Shown here in pieces: positions 48,167 to 59,931 of a stretch of DNA of 64,000 bases. Location of the stretch: the NCBI GenBank assembly GCA_963769025.1, contig CAVYKI010000010.1, forward strand, positions 416,001 to 480,000. Reading direction: 5' to 3'. The notes beneath the pieces are model-generated. The model was not told where the DNA came from and did no database searches. It was given only the letters and a program-made list of their open reading frames with translations. This DNA is from an uncultured Verrucomicrobiae bacterium (lineage in GTDB: Bacteria; Verrucomicrobiota; Verrucomicrobiia; Chthoniobacterales; Chthoniobacteraceae). A program made the position numbers and the translations under genes. Positions within the stretch are counted from its first letter, which is position 1. Each line of letters begins with the position of its first letter.

Positions 48167-49057
48167 CTAGAAGCGGTAGCTCGTGCCGATTCCGATTCCG
48201 AAAGTCTGATAGGACGCGCGCGAGACGTTCGAGTCGTTATCGACCAAGTAGGTCGTCAAATTGGCCGTCCAGCGATCGCTGATCTGATACACGAAATTCA
48301 AGCCTGCCAGGTTGCGCGAATCGTGCCGGGCCACACTGGTGTAGTTGCTGTACTGAAAGGCATAGAAGAGCTGGCAGTAGAGGGCGAATCCGAGCCGCTG
48401 CGTCACACCCACCGTGACCCGGTGCGCGTTGCGATCATCCGCGACGGGAAAGCTGAAGTAGTTCGAGAAATTGTAGCCGATGGAGAAAACGGTCTGGTCC
48501 CGGTTGAAAGTCCACTCCTTCTGGATGCCTGCCGAAATTGGCAGGGCTTCGGTGAGCTGATCGCCGGTGCGGGCGCTGGCGTACCAATACGGCTCGATGC
48601 CGGCGTAAAAACGCACCGCGTCCTTTGACGGCTGATAATTCAGAAGCGCCGACCCGCTGAAGCCCCAGAAGCTGGACTCATCGAACTTGGTATAGACGAA
48701 GGCGTCGGATCGCGCACCGAACGAGAGCGAGAAGCCATGGTCGAGCGGCTCGTCAAACGACACCCCAATGCTCGGACGAAGCAGGAAATCGCCGCTCCCG
48801 TGATTGCCTGAATACAGCGCGTTGGAGACATACTCCGTGCTGACCGACGCGGTCAGGCGTAACCGCTCGAGGAGCGGTTTGTCCGCGAGCGGACGGATGT
48901 CCCCCAAATCGTCGATGACGGCCGGCGGCTGTTGCGGCACGCCTCTCGCCGCTTCCACGATCTGCGTGACCTGAACCACGCGGTCCGACTGCGAAAAGGC
49001 GTTTTGAACGAAGCCAGTCGCTACGAGTAGCGCGAAGAGAACTCGATGGAGTTTCAA
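48167..49057 (-). CDS. Outer-membrane beta-barrel protein
   Basis: Signal peptide, alternating aromatic beta strands, terminal YRF. Confidence 0.75.
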   Translation of the reverse strand: MKLHRVLFALLVATGFVQNAFSQSDRVVQVTQIVEAARGVPQQPPAVIDDLGDIRPLADKPLLERLRLTASVSTEYVSNALYSGNHGSGDFLLRPSIGVSFDEPLDHGFSLSFGARSDAFVYTKFDESSFWGFSGSALLNYQPSKDAVRFYAGIEPYWYASARTGDQLTEALPISAGIQKEWTFNRDQTVFSIGYNFSNYFSFPVADDRNAHRVTVGVTQRLGFALYCQLFYAFQYSNYTSVARHDSRNLAGLNFVYQISDRWTANLTTYLVDNDSNVSRASYQTFGIGIGTSYRF

Positions 49058-49087
49058 GGGATGATGGGTGGGTGGGTTGATCGGCCG

Positions 49088-49934
49088 TTACGGATTGCCG
49101 CCGGGACGCCGGGATCCGGGATTGCCGCCGGGATTCACGGGATTGCCGTTCATGGTCGTTGGTTGCACCGTCGTTCGTCGACGCGGTCGGCGTGACCGGC
49201 TCCGTGCTGACCGGTTGCGGAATCGCCGTTGGCTGGCGCGACGAATTCACCAGGGCGGAATCGACTGCGTTGGCATCATGCAAACCCGGAAAAAGGGATG
49301 CGAGCCAGGTCCGTTTGATCTGGATTCCCGTATCTTCGGGAAGCGGTCCCATGGCGTACAGCTTTCCCCGCGTTGCCTCCTTCGGGTCGAACTTGAAGAG
49401 CGTTGCCTTGCCGTTGGCGACCCTGATCGCCCATCCGGCGGGAATCTTGTACTTCTTTCCGGCGACCGTGACCGTGGTCGAACCTCGCAGTATGGCCAGC
49501 ATGTCGGGCGTGAGCTTGCCGACCGTACCGGTGATTGCTGCGGTGAGCGCCGGTGTCTTGATGGTCCGGACTCCCTGGTTTGGCGCGGCGTAGAAAAGCA
49601 TGTCGCCCTTGTCCAGCGAGAGCGCGCGGGTTCTTCCCTCGAAGGAAAAGACCGAGTTCTGCCCGACGCGGACGAGGCTGCTGTCCTTGAATTGCAGTTC
49701 CGCACGCGAGTCGCTGCCGGTCTGGACAATCTGCGTCGCCTTCACCGAATCCGAAACGACCGCGGCACGCCGTGCCGACACCTGCCCTGCCTTGATTTCC
49801 GCCACGGCCACCTTGTTCTGGACCCGGGTGATCGTTGCGGAATCCAACGGGGGCTGTGCCATGGCCACGCTCAAGCTCGCGAGGATGAACACAGCGCCCC
49901 AGGGAAGTCCGGCGGAGAAGGTGTGCCGTTTCAT
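49088..49934 (-). CDS. Secreted FecR-domain protein with Pro/Gly/Asn-rich tail (probable frameshift ~49160)
   Basis: QTGSDSRAELQFKDSSLVRVGQNS, IKTPALTAAITGT; GNP repeats ending at TAA 49088. Confidence 0.8.
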
Positions 49935-50074
49935 GCCGTTTCCTTGCCCGGCGCGGCGGTGCCAGTCAAGCCCTGCGCACTGGCTGGCAGTCCCCGCAAT
50001 TGAACGCGGAATGCCTCGCAAGCCGCCCCCCGCCATCGCCACAGGCTCTCGATTCCGGATGGCTCCGCCCGCCG

Positions 50075-50933
50075 CTATCGCAACCCCAAGAATATCCCGA
50101 TCGAATCGAAGATTCCGACCCGTCCGTCAGGAAGGACTCCGGTGATTGGCCTGTTTGTCCCGACGAGGGATCGGTTGATAAGACGGCTGCTCTCAGAATC
50201 AAATCCGACACCGGCGGCGTCATACAGACGAATGACGGCGTAGTCCGCGTCCGCCTCCTTGAGCCATGGGCTGAATTTCGCCATCTTGGCCTCGGCCTCG
50301 TCCGGGAGCGCCGCCCACTCCAGGAGCTTTCTCCGCGCCCGGGACCACAGTTCATCTTCGCCATCGGATTGATAAATGACCAGCGTGCCAAACACCCACT
50401 TCGCGGCGTTGTGATCGGTGCCGGCCTCGATCACCGCCTTCTTGTCCACCCCATCCTGCCTATAGAAGAGCGGGATTTTCCCGTCGAGGGCGAGGACACC
50501 ATCGAGCGAAAAGAGCACCACAGTGCCCGTGATCGCCGCGGTCAGGGCCGCGGTCTTGAGTTTTACCCCGGACTTGCCCGGCGGCAGATAAAAGAGCATG
50601 TCGCCCTTTTCGAGGGAGAGCGTGCGCGAGTGGGCTTCGAAGGAAAAAATGGAGTTTGGCCCGACACGGATGAGGCTCCCGTCGTTGAACTCCAGTTCCG
50701 CCCGCGCAGCGCTCGCGGTCTGGAGGAAGTGGTTTGCCCGGATCACCTCGGAGACGGTGGCCGGATGCGCACCCGTGGCCTGGCCCGCCTTGATCTCCGC
50801 CACGATGGCTTTGTTTTCCACCCGCTTCACCGTCGCGGTGTCGAATGGCGGCGCGCGCGTGAGCGGGGATGAGACCCGCGACAAGAAACGCTACGATCCG
50901 CCAAGGCACACCGGGAACTCTGCGGGGGTTCAT
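50075..50933 (-). CDS. Second FecR-domain protein (frameshift ~50850)
   Basis: RAELEFNDGSLIRVGPNS, LKTAALTAAITGT; paralog of the neighbouring gene. Confidence 0.8.
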
Positions 50934-51037
50934 GGCGTCGTAGGTCTGCCCCCGCGCGTGCCGAGTCAAGCCGGAAAAGGGTCGCCAAATCCGAGGTGTT
51001 CGCCCGATACTCCCGCGGTGCGAGGTCCTGCCACCCC

Positions 51038-53156
51038 ATGAATTTCCTGAGCCGCCATCGACGCGCCTTTCTGGTCGTGGTTTGCGTCGTGTGCACAGGC
51101 ATCATCGCGGCGGCGCACTGGACGAATTTCGAACCGCTCGTGCGCATGGAATCGAGCGCCCGTGATTTTCTGACGCGGCACGGCGACCGCTCACCCACTC
51201 GGCCGGAGCTCGTCTATCTTGCGATCGATGCGGCGACCATCTCCCTCGACAATGCGTTCGACGACGAGATCAACGCGTCCCCTGCCCTGCGGTCGATGAA
51301 GGCCTCGGGCTGGCCGTGGTCCGCGCGACGTCTATCCGATGATCATCGAACGGCTGCTGAATGCCGGCGCGCGAGTCATCATATTCGACATGCTGTTCCC
51401 GACCGAGCGGGAGGGCGACGCGGCGTTCCGCGCGGCGCTGGATCGCTACGGCGACAAGGTCGTGATCGGCGCGAACTTCGTCGAGACCCCGCTCACGAAG
51501 ACGCTCACCGTCCCGGCTCCGTCGCTGATCCCGTCGGAGGATCCGCTCGATCCGCGGGTGGGCTACGTGAATTTCTGGGCGGAAATCGACGGCACCGTGC
51601 GCACCGCCAACTACCGGATCACGGAAGACGAGGTGAATGGCTGGCGGCCGAGGCCCGATTCCAGGGTGCTCTATTCGCTCGGCGGCCGCGCGCTGTCCAA
51701 GCTCGGGCACGAGGATCTGATCCCCCGCGAGGGCCGCTGCATCCGCTTTGCGATGGACGATCCGAATTCGCTGACCGCATTTCCGCCTCGTTCGTTGTGG
51801 CAAATTTTTGCCGCCCCGACATGGGAGGCTCATCCGTACAACAGCGGCGAGTTTTTCCGGGACAAGATCGTGCTCATCGGCCCCGAGGGCGACTGGGCCC
51901 ACGATGTCCTGCGCACCCCGCTGGGCCTGATCCCCGGCCCGGCCCTGCACCTGCACGCGATCAATGCGGCGCTCAACCGGGACTTTGTGCGCGAGCCCTC
52001 GCGGACGGGAGATCTTGCCGGCATCCTCATCGCGGGGCTCGTCGCTTGGGGGCTGAGCATGCTGATCCGGCAGCCGTTTTTCCGCTTCCTCGCCTTCATC
52101 GGCGGAAGCGTCGCCTATTACTTCGTGGCGCAGGGCGTCTTCGACTTGAAATCCGGCGCGGTCATCCTCGGCCTCATGCCGCCGCTGCTGGCCGCGAACG
52201 GCTCGGGACTCGTGTGGCTCGTCTGCGAACAGGTGATCGACCGCCTCGAAAAGGCGCGCACGCGCCGGACGCTCGAACGCTACGTGTCCAAGGATCTCGT
52301 GAAGGAGATCCTCGACAACCCCGCGAGCATCCTGAACGCGCTCGGCGGCACGCGCCGGTCCGTGGCGATCCTCTTCAGCGACCTGCGCAATTTTACGACG
52401 ATGACCGAGGAGGCCGACTCACGGCAGCTCGTCGCGCAGCTCAACGAATACTTCACCGCGATGGTGGAGCGCATCTTCCACAGCAAGGGCACGCTCGATA
52501 AGTTCATCGGCGACGCGATCATGGCCGTCTGGGGCGAGGTGCAGAGCGAGGGACCCGTGCGGGACGTCGAGCGCGCGGTCACCGCCGCGCTGGAGATGCA
52601 GGTGGCGCTCACGGCCTTGAACCGCAGTTGGGAGCAGCGCGGCATCCGGACATTCAAGATGGGAATCGGCATCAACTACGGCCCGGTCATCGTCGGCAAT
52701 ATCGGCGCGACCGGCGCGACGGAGAAAATGGAGCTGACCGTGATCGGCGATCCGGTGAACCTCGCCTCGCGCCTCGAAGGGCTCACCAAGCAGTTTGGCG
52801 TCGAGCTGCTGCTCGGCGAAGGCGCGGCCGATCTGGTGACGGACCTTTTTCACCTCCAGTTTGTGGATCAGGTCAGGGTGAAGGGAAAAACCCAGCCCAT
52901 CCGCATGTACACCGTCCTCGGTCCGCAACGCACGCCGCTCCCGGAAAACACGCTCAGCTACGCCGCCTACTACGCGGAGGGCGTGAGCCGTTACCAGATG
53001 GCGCACTTCGCGCCCGCCATCGAGTCGTTCAGCCGCTGTCTCAAGTGCATCCCCGACGATCCGCTCGCGTCGATGTACCTGAGCCGTTGCAGCGACCTCC
53101 GGGATCACCCGCCCGGGCCGGAGTGGGATGGCGTTTTTGTGGCGACCAAAAAATGA
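51038..53156 (+). CDS. CHASE2-domain class III adenylate cyclase with C-terminal TPR-like region (frameshift ~51325)
   Basis: LAIDAAT..WPW, FDMLF CHASE2; 3 TM; LFSDLRNFT, DKFIGDAIM, TVIGDPVNLASRLE, VKGK. Confidence 0.93.
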
Positions 53157-53213
53157 ACCTGCGCCCCAAAGGCCCGGGCCGCGTTCGCGTCCGTCCCGCC
53201 TGAAAGCGGAGCG

Positions 53214-54081
53214 CTACGCCGCGCCGCCCGCCTTGCTTTCCACCATTCGCCGCAGCCGTGCGATGTTGCGCTCGACCCGCTGCACGTACTCGTTCGGCCC
53301 ATCCGGGTAGGGCCGGTTCAGAAAAGTGTACAGCCGTTCAAAATCGCTCTCGATTTTCGTCCGGACGTATCCGTCCCAAAATGCCGGCGTCTTCCGCAGC
53401 AGATCGTCCAGGCTCGTGAAGGGAGATTTTCTTCGCCGCCGCCGGCCCGTCGAACCGCGCGGCTTCCGCGAATTCCTCGTAAAGCACCGGCAGCTTGTCC
53501 ACGTAATCGGGGGCGGCCATCTGCCCGAGCAGATCCGCGGTGCCGAGCACATAGCCCATCATCCGCTCCTCGGCGTTTTGGAAAGGAATCGCCTGGAGAT
53601 CCACATTCACGCCGGTGCACCGGATCATGTGCTGGATGGCCGTCGTGTCCGCCTCCGTCCAGCCCTTGCGGGAAAGAAACTCCGTCGCAAACACCGCGCT
53701 CCGGGAGACGTGCGTCAGCGTGTATTTTGCCCCGGTCCCTTCCGTGTCATCCTTCTTTTTAAGATAGCCCGTGTCGTGGAAAAGGATCGCCAGAAGTCCC
53801 AGCTGAAATCCTTTTTCCGAGAGCGCCGGGCGCGCCTTCGCCTCGTGGCGCCCGTGCAGCAGACGCGCGAGGCAAAGCGTGCCCTGCAGCGTGTGCTCGA
53901 AATCGTGGTAGAGCGCATCGATGGCATGGTAGCCGTCGTATTCGCCGGAAAAAAACTGCCCCGCCCACTCGAACGCCTGCCGGACGAAACCCCGATCGCC
54001 CTCCGGGAACATGCTCCGGTAAATCGACGCGACACACTCCTCCGCTGCGCGGGGCACTTTGGTGTCCACCTCGTCAAACAT
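53214..54081 (-). CDS. HD-superfamily metal-dependent phosphohydrolase (frameshift ~53430)
   Basis: YHDFEHT, LFHDTGY, HVSRS, ADLLGQ. Confidence 0.8.
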
Positions 54082-54145
54082 GCGCGGAGCGTGGGCTTTT
54101 TCCCGCCTTTTGCAATCATTCTCCCGTGCCCGCGGACGCTCGCTC

Positions 54146-55094
54146 CTACGACGCGAGAACGGCTTCCGGCGCGACCGAAGTGAGATCGCCTGAAGGCGCG
54201 CGGATGATGCGCACGTGTTCCCCGACCGGCGCCCAGACGGACGGATCGGTCGGGCCGAAAAGCAACGTGGACGGGATGCCGGTGGCGGCGGCGATGTGCG
54301 AGATGCCGGTGTCGTGCCCGAAGTAGGCGCTGCACCCCGCGAGCAGCGCCGAGAGCGTGGGAAGCGGGAGATTCCGCGCGACGAGCGGCGCGTGCACGGA
54401 AAGCGAGCGGGCGAGCGTGTCGAGTGCGCTGTCGTCGGCCTCGCCGCCGATGAGGAGGAGCCGCGCGCCGCCCGATGCGATGCGGTCGCCGAGGCGCTGC
54501 CAGTTTCCCGCGGGCCAGTTTTTCCTCGGGCTGCCGGAGCCGGGGTGGAGCGCGACGAGCGGGCGCGCATCCTTTTCCGCGGCCTGCTCGGCGAGCCACG
54601 CAGCGGCGGCAGTTTTTCGTCGGTTCGTTCGGGAAAAGTCGCGTGGCATTTTCGTCGAGAAAGACGGCCATCCGTTCGAGGCCGCGCGCGAGCTGGACGC
54701 TGGCGTGCTGCTGGTCGGTGATCTTTTCGTGGACGCCGAGAAAGTTGCGCACGCCCGCGCGTTCGAGGTTCGCGGCGAAGATGCCGTCGGGATCGAAGAG
54801 CCAGCTCACGACCTGCTGGAAGCCGGCAAAGTACGCGCAGAGGTCGGGCGCGAGCTGCCCGGCGCGCGCGAAGAACGCGGCCATCGGGCCGTATTCGATA
54901 TTCCGCACGGCGTCGGCGTAAGTCTTCCCGGGCTCGGGGCCGCCATGCAGCGCGAGTTCGGCGATGTGGCGGTAGCCGAGGATCTCGAGGTGGCAGTGCG
55001 GCAGCGTCTGCCGGAGCATCCGGATCGCGGGAAGCGTAAGGACGAAGTCGCCAATCGCTCCGCCGCGGATGACGAGGATGCGCGGCTTGCTCAC
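54146..55094 (-). CDS. Glycosyltransferase family 9 (heptosyltransferase-like; frameshift ~54650)
   Basis: GAIGDFVL, HPGSGS..KNWP, GHDTGISHIAAA, LFGPT. Confidence 0.9.
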
Positions 55095-55315
55095 CGGTTA
55101 CTTCCGCTCTGGATCTCTTCCACCTCGCGCTGGATCGCCTCGATCTACCGCTTGGATTCTTCGAGCGTCCTCATCGCCTGGCGGTGCCTTGCGTCTTCCC
55201 TTTCCATATTCTGCCTAAACAGGAAGACGCCGACACCCACGAGGATTGTAACGAGGAGTTTGGTGATGCTGGCAAGCTTGCCGGGCGATGGGCGGGGCGT
55301 TGCGGCGGGCTGCAT
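55091..55315 (-). pseudogene. Small TM + coiled-coil protein interrupted by an in-frame TAG (55145-55147)
   Basis: MQPAATP..LLVTILVGVGVFLF..LEESKR*IEAIQREVEEIQSGSNR*; final TGA overlaps the GTG start of the GT9 gene. Confidence 0.55.
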
Positions 55316-55322
55316 GGCAGGG

Positions 55323-56837
55323 TCACATCAGGTTCGCGGCGACCTCGGCCATCTCGCTGCGCTCGCCCTTGAAGAGATTGATGTGCGCCATCCACGGCTG
55401 GCCTTGCAGGCGGTTGCGCGCATAGACGAGGCCGTTCGTGTGGGCGTCCACGTACGGATTGTCGATCTGCCCGAGGTCGCCGATGAGGATCATCTTGCTG
55501 CCTTTGCCCATGCGGGTGATGAGCGTCTTCGCCTCGTGCGGCGTGAGCTGCTGCGCCTCGTCCACGATGAAGACGGCGTTCGGGATGCTGCGTCCGCGGA
55601 TGTGCGTGATGGCCTCGATCTCGAGCCGCCCGCTCGCGGTGAGATGTTCCCACGGGCGCATCGGTTTTGTCGGCCCGCTTTGCTGCGAAGGGTTCTGCTG
55701 GTGCTGCGGCTGGCGGTCGTCGGCCTTGCGCTGGCTCTGGCGCTTGTTCTCGAATTGCTCCGGCCGGCGCGGGCGCGTGAGCAGGAGTTCCAGCGCGTCG
55801 AATGCGGGCTGCACCCACGGCTGCATTTTCTCCTCCAGCTTTCCGGGGAGGAAGCCGATGTCGCGTCCCGTGGGCATGATCACGCGGGTGATGAGCATTT
55901 TCTCAAACACGCCGACCTGCACCTGCTCCAGCGCCGCGCCGACGGTGAGCAGCGTCTTCCCGGTGCCCGCCTTTCCATAGACGGTCACGAGCGTGATGGC
56001 CGGATCGTAGAGCGCGTCGAGGAGGAAGCGCTGGCCGAGATTCAGCGCCGCGAGCGTGCGGCCCCCGCGGATGGTGATGCGGTCGCGGCGCAGCTTGTGA
56101 AGTTCGCCTTCGCCGACGTGCCGCGCGGGGATGGCGTGCGTGGGCTCCTCCTCGTTGCGGAGCAGGAGGTAGTGGTTCGGGTGAAAATCCTTCGCCTCGG
56201 GGATGACGATCGTCTCCTGGCTCGCGTACGCCTGCACGGTGTACGGCGCCACGTCGAGCGTCTCATATTCCTCCTCGCTGCGGCGCATCGTGAGGCGGAT
56301 GTCCACGTCCTCCACGCGGTCCGTGCGGTAGTCCTGCGCCTCCATGCCGAGCGCGCGGGCCTTCAGCATCATGTTGAGGTCCTTCGTCACGAGGATGACG
56401 GAGCCCTTTTCCGCGTCCGCGACACCGCACGCGGCGGCGAGGATGCGGTTGTCCGGCAGCGTGAGGTCGGCGAAGAGATCGCGCAGCGCCTGGAAGCGCG
56501 GCGAGTCGCTCACGAGCTGCCAGCCCTCGCCGTCGAAGCGCGCGACGGGATTGATGCAGACGCGCAGCGTGCCGCCGTTCTCCAGCTTCACGCCCGCCTG
56601 CATGTCGCTGGGGTTCATGAAGCGCTCGCTCAGCCGCCGGTGCACCTCGCGGGCGTTCGCGCCGCGCGTGGAGCTTTCGCTCTTGAACCGATCCAGCTCC
56701 TCGAAGACCTCGACGGGGATCCAGACGAAGTTCTCCTTGAACTGGAAGGGCGAGCCCGGGTCGTGGATGAGGACGTTGGTGTCGAGGATGTAGTGCTTCG
56801 GGGTGGGGCGTGGCGCAGCGGCTGGCTTCGGTGGCAT
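55323..56837 (-). CDS. PhoH2/YlaK-type PIN + PhoH ATPase
   Basis: ILDTNVL, EELDRFK, DNRIL, LVTKD PIN motifs; GKAGTGKT, IRGRS, DEAQ, GDLGQID. Confidence 0.93.
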   Translation of the reverse strand: MPPKPAAAPRPTPKHYILDTNVLIHDPGSPFQFKENFVWIPVEVFEELDRFKSESSTRGANAREVHRRLSERFMNPSDMQAGVKLENGGTLRVCINPVARFDGEGWQLVSDSPRFQALRDLFADLTLPDNRILAAACGVADAEKGSVILVTKDLNMMLKARALGMEAQDYRTDRVEDVDIRLTMRRSEEEYETLDVAPYTVQAYASQETIVIPEAKDFHPNHYLLLRNEEEPTHAIPARHVGEGELHKLRRDRITIRGGRTLAALNLGQRFLLDALYDPAITLVTVYGKAGTGKTLLTVGAALEQVQVGVFEKMLITRVIMPTGRDIGFLPGKLEEKMQPWVQPAFDALELLLTRPRRPEQFENKRQSQRKADDRQPQHQQNPSQQSGPTKPMRPWEHLTASGRLEIEAITHIRGRSIPNAVFIVDEAQQLTPHEAKTLITRMGKGSKMILIGDLGQIDNPYVDAHTNGLVYARNRLQGQPWMAHINLFKGERSEMAEVAANLM

Positions 56838-56961
56838 GGAGATTTTGGTGCCCGCATCCGCAGGCGAGGCGACCGTGAACCCGGACCCCCCGCAGGCGCA
56901 AGAAGGGAAACGCGGACAAATGCGGGTGCCGGACGTGTCTGGAGACGGGCGCGGATTATTT

Positions 56962-57072
56962 AACGCAGAGACGCAGAGACGCAGAGGACAAAAAACGGGA
57001 TACAGGTATGCGCCGTGTGATCACTTTGATGGTGTCGTGCTTCGCTTCTCCGCGTCTCTGCGTCTCTGCGTT
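56962..57072. repeat. Intergenic inverted-repeat element with arms built from ACGCAGAG 8-mers
   Basis: AACGCAGAGACGCAGAGACGCAGAG (56962-56986) and its reverse complement (57048-57072), one mismatch in 25 bp. Confidence 0.9.
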
Positions 57073-57170
57073 TCAAAACTGCGGCGCGCCCGGCGTAGCA
57101 TCGCGGCTAAGATTTGCACCGCGCGCGCGGCTTTGACTTCCCGACTCCAAATCCCTACAGCCGCACCTCC

Positions 57171-58428
57171 ATGAAACTCCGCGCCCTCATCCCTCTCGCC
57201 GCACTCACCCTTTCCGCCACCGCCGCAGACTGGCCGCAATACCGCGGGCCGAATGGCGACGGCTCCACGACCGAGTCGCTGCCCGCGCAGTGGCCCGCCG
57301 CGCCGAAGGTGCTCTGGAAGGTCCCCGGCGGAACCGGCTTCGGATCGTTCGTGGTGAGCGGCGCGTGGTGTTTCTCCATCGAGGGAAAAGGCGCGGATGA
57401 AGTGCTCGTCGCGCGCGACGCGGCGACAGGGAAGGAAAAGTGGACCGCCAATCTCGGCCCCGCGAAATACCAGGGCGGCGGCGACGCCGGCACGAATGAC
57501 AACAAGGGCGGCGACGGCCCGCGCAGCACGCCGACGCTCGCCGGCAAGGTCATCGTCGCGATGCACAGCGACCTCGTGCTTCACGCGTTCGACGCCGTGA
57601 CCGGCAAGCCGCTCTGGAAGCGCGACCTCGTCGCGGAGCACGCCGGCAAAAACATTTCCTGGTCGAACGCCGCGAGCCCGCTCTTCGAAGGCGGCCTCAT
57701 CTACGTCGCCGGCGGCGGCGCGGGGCAGACGTATCTCGCCCTCGACCCGCTGAAGGGCACCGTGCTCGCGAAAACCGGCGACGACACGATCACGCACGCC
57801 ACGCCCACCGCGGCGACGATCCACGGCCAGCGGCAGATCATCTTCTTCATGAAGAGCGGCCTCACTTCCCTCGACCCGAAGACGCTGAAGCAGCTCTGGC
57901 ACGCGGATTTTCCGTTTAACGTCAGCACCGCCGCGAGCCCGGTCGTCGCGGGTGACTACGTGTATTGCAGCGCCGGCTACGGCACAGGCGCGGGCGGCTT
58001 CAAGATCACCAAGTCCGGCAACGACTGGAAGGCCGAGCAGGTCATGCGCGTGCCCGCAAAAGCCGCTCGCCAACCACTGGAGCACGCCCGTGCATTTCGG
58101 CGGACATCTCTACGGCATGTTTCAGTTCAAGGAATACGGCAAGGGCCCGATCAAGGCCGTGGCGCTGCCGGACGGTGAGATCAAATGGGAGCAGCCCGGC
58201 TTCGGCCCCGGCAACCTGATCCTCACCGCAGGCGGCAATCTGCTCGCGCTGAACGACACCGGCGAACTCGTCGGCATCGCCGCGCGGCCCGACGCCTACA
58301 AGGAAATCGGCCGCTTCAAGGCCGTGAGCGGCAAATGCTGGTCCACGCCCGTGCTGAGCAACGGCCGCGTCTTCGTCCGCTCCACCACGGAAACCGCCTG
58401 CATCCAGCTCGGCACACCGGGCAAGTAG
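57171..58428 (+). CDS. PQQ-like beta-propeller (BamB-like) secreted protein (frameshift ~58060)
   Basis: Signal peptide, DWPQYRGP, DAATGKEKW, ASP repeats, WSTPVLSNGRVFVR. Confidence 0.88.
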
Positions 58429-58466
58429 CCGCTGGCGGCGGCGTGCACACCCGGTAGAGTAACGCC

Positions 58467-59888
58467 ATGACCCCCGATCTCCCCCATCTCACCCGTCGCA
58501 CCTTCCTCGGCAACGCCGCGCGTGGCGTCGGCGCGGTGGCGCTCGGGTCGCTGCTGAATCCCGCTTCGCTTTTCGCCGCGCAGAAATGGCGCGGCATTTT
58601 GGCGGCGCCGCATTTTCCGCCGAAGGCGAAGCGCGTGATCTGGCTCACGATGGCGGGCGGGCCGTCGCATCTGGAGACGTTCGACCACAAGCCGAAGCTC
58701 GCCGAGATGCACGGCAAGCCGATGCCGGAGAGCATCACCAAGGGGCAGCAGATCGCGCAGTTGCAGGGCAAGCAGCTGAACTGCTTCGGCCCGCAGTGGG
58801 CGTTCAAGAAGTTCGGCCAGTGCGGCGCGGAAATCTGCGAGCTGTTCCCGCACATCGGCTCGGTCGCGGACGACATCTGCTTCATCCGCTCGATGACGAC
58901 CGACGCGATCAACCACGATCCCGCGCACATGCTTCATGAACACCGGCTCGACCGATCCCCGGCCGCCCGAGCATGGGCTCGTGGCTCACGTACGGCCTCG
59001 GCAGCGAGGCGGAGGAATTGCCCGGCTTCGTCGTGCTCACCTCGCTCGGCAAGGGCGGGCAGAACCAGCCCATCGCCGCGCGGCAGTGGAGCGCGGGATT
59101 TCTGCCGAGCCGCTTCCAGGGCGTCGCAGCTGCGCGAGCAAAGGCGATCCCGTCCTTTACCTCACGCAATCCCGCCCGGCGTCTCGCGCGAGCAGCAGGG
59201 CGACGTCATCGACGCCGTCAACAAGCTCAACGCGCAGCTTCGACGCCGTCGTGGACGATCCGGAAATCGCCACGCGCATCGCGCAGTACGAGATGGCGTT
59301 CAAGATGCAGGCCAGCGTGCCCGAACTGATGGACATGGCGAAGGAACCGCAGAGCGTCCTCGACCTCTACGGCTGCAAGCCCGGCGACGGCTCCTTCGCC
59401 GCAACTGCCTGCTCGCGCGCCGGCTCGCCGAGCGCGGCGTGCGCTTCATCCAGCTCTACCACAAGGACTGGGACCACCACGGCGGCGTGAAGGACGGCAT
59501 CAAGCTCAAGGCCGAGGAAGTGGACCGCGCGTGCATGGCGCTCATCACCGACCTCAAGCAGCGCGGCATGTTCGACGACACGCTCGTCGTCTGGGCCGGC
59601 GAATTCGGCCGCACGCCGATGTCGCAGGGCGGCAGCGGACGCGACCACCACATCCTCGGCTTCACGACCTGGATGGCCGGCGGCGGGATCAAAGGCGGCA
59701 CGCAATGCGGCGAGACCGACGAATTCGGCTACAAGGCCGTGAAGGACGTCGTCCACGTCCACGACATGCACGCCACGATGCTGCACCAGCTCGGCATCGA
59801 CCACACGAAGCTCGTCTTCCGCACCCAAGGCCGCGACTACCGGCTCACGGATGTGTTCGGGAAAGTGGTGAAGGGGATTCTGGCGTAA
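58467..59888 (+). CDS. Second DUF1501-family Tat protein (frameshifted internally)
   Basis: [42 protein letters not shown]. Confidence 0.9.
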   Translation: MTPDLPHLTRRTFLGNAARGVGAVALGSLLNPASLFAAQKWRGILAAPHFPPKAKRVIWLTMAGGPSHLETFDHKPKLAEMHGKPMPESITKGQQIAQLQGKQLNCFGPQWAFKKFGQCGAEICELFPHIGSVADDICFIRSMTTDAINHDPAHMLHEHRLDRSPAARAWARGSRTASAARRRNCPASSCSPRSARAGRTSPSPRGSGARDFCRAASRASQLREQRRSRPLPHAIPPGVSREQQGDVIDAVNKLNAQLRRRRGRSGNRHAHRAVRDGVQDAGQRARTDGHGEGTAERPRPLRLQARRRLLRRNCLLARRLAERGVRFIQLYHKDWDHHGGVKDGIKLKAEEVDRACMALITDLKQRGMFDDTLVVWAGEFGRTPMSQGGSGRDHHILGFTTWMAGGGIKGGTQCGETDEFGYKAVKDVVHVHDMHATMLHQLGIDHTKLVFRTQGRDYRLTDVFGKVVKGILA

Positions 59889-59931
59889 GCGGACGGCAAT
59901 CGCCGAGCTGGGAGCTTGATCACCGTTTCCG

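Noticed and set aside
49088..49150. GGATTGCCGCCGGGA short repeats as a DNA element
   Set aside because: Explained as coding PGGNP repeats in the FecR protein tail.
56962..57072. Possible CRISPR array
   Set aside because: Only two inverted arms, no repeat-spacer series and no cas genes.
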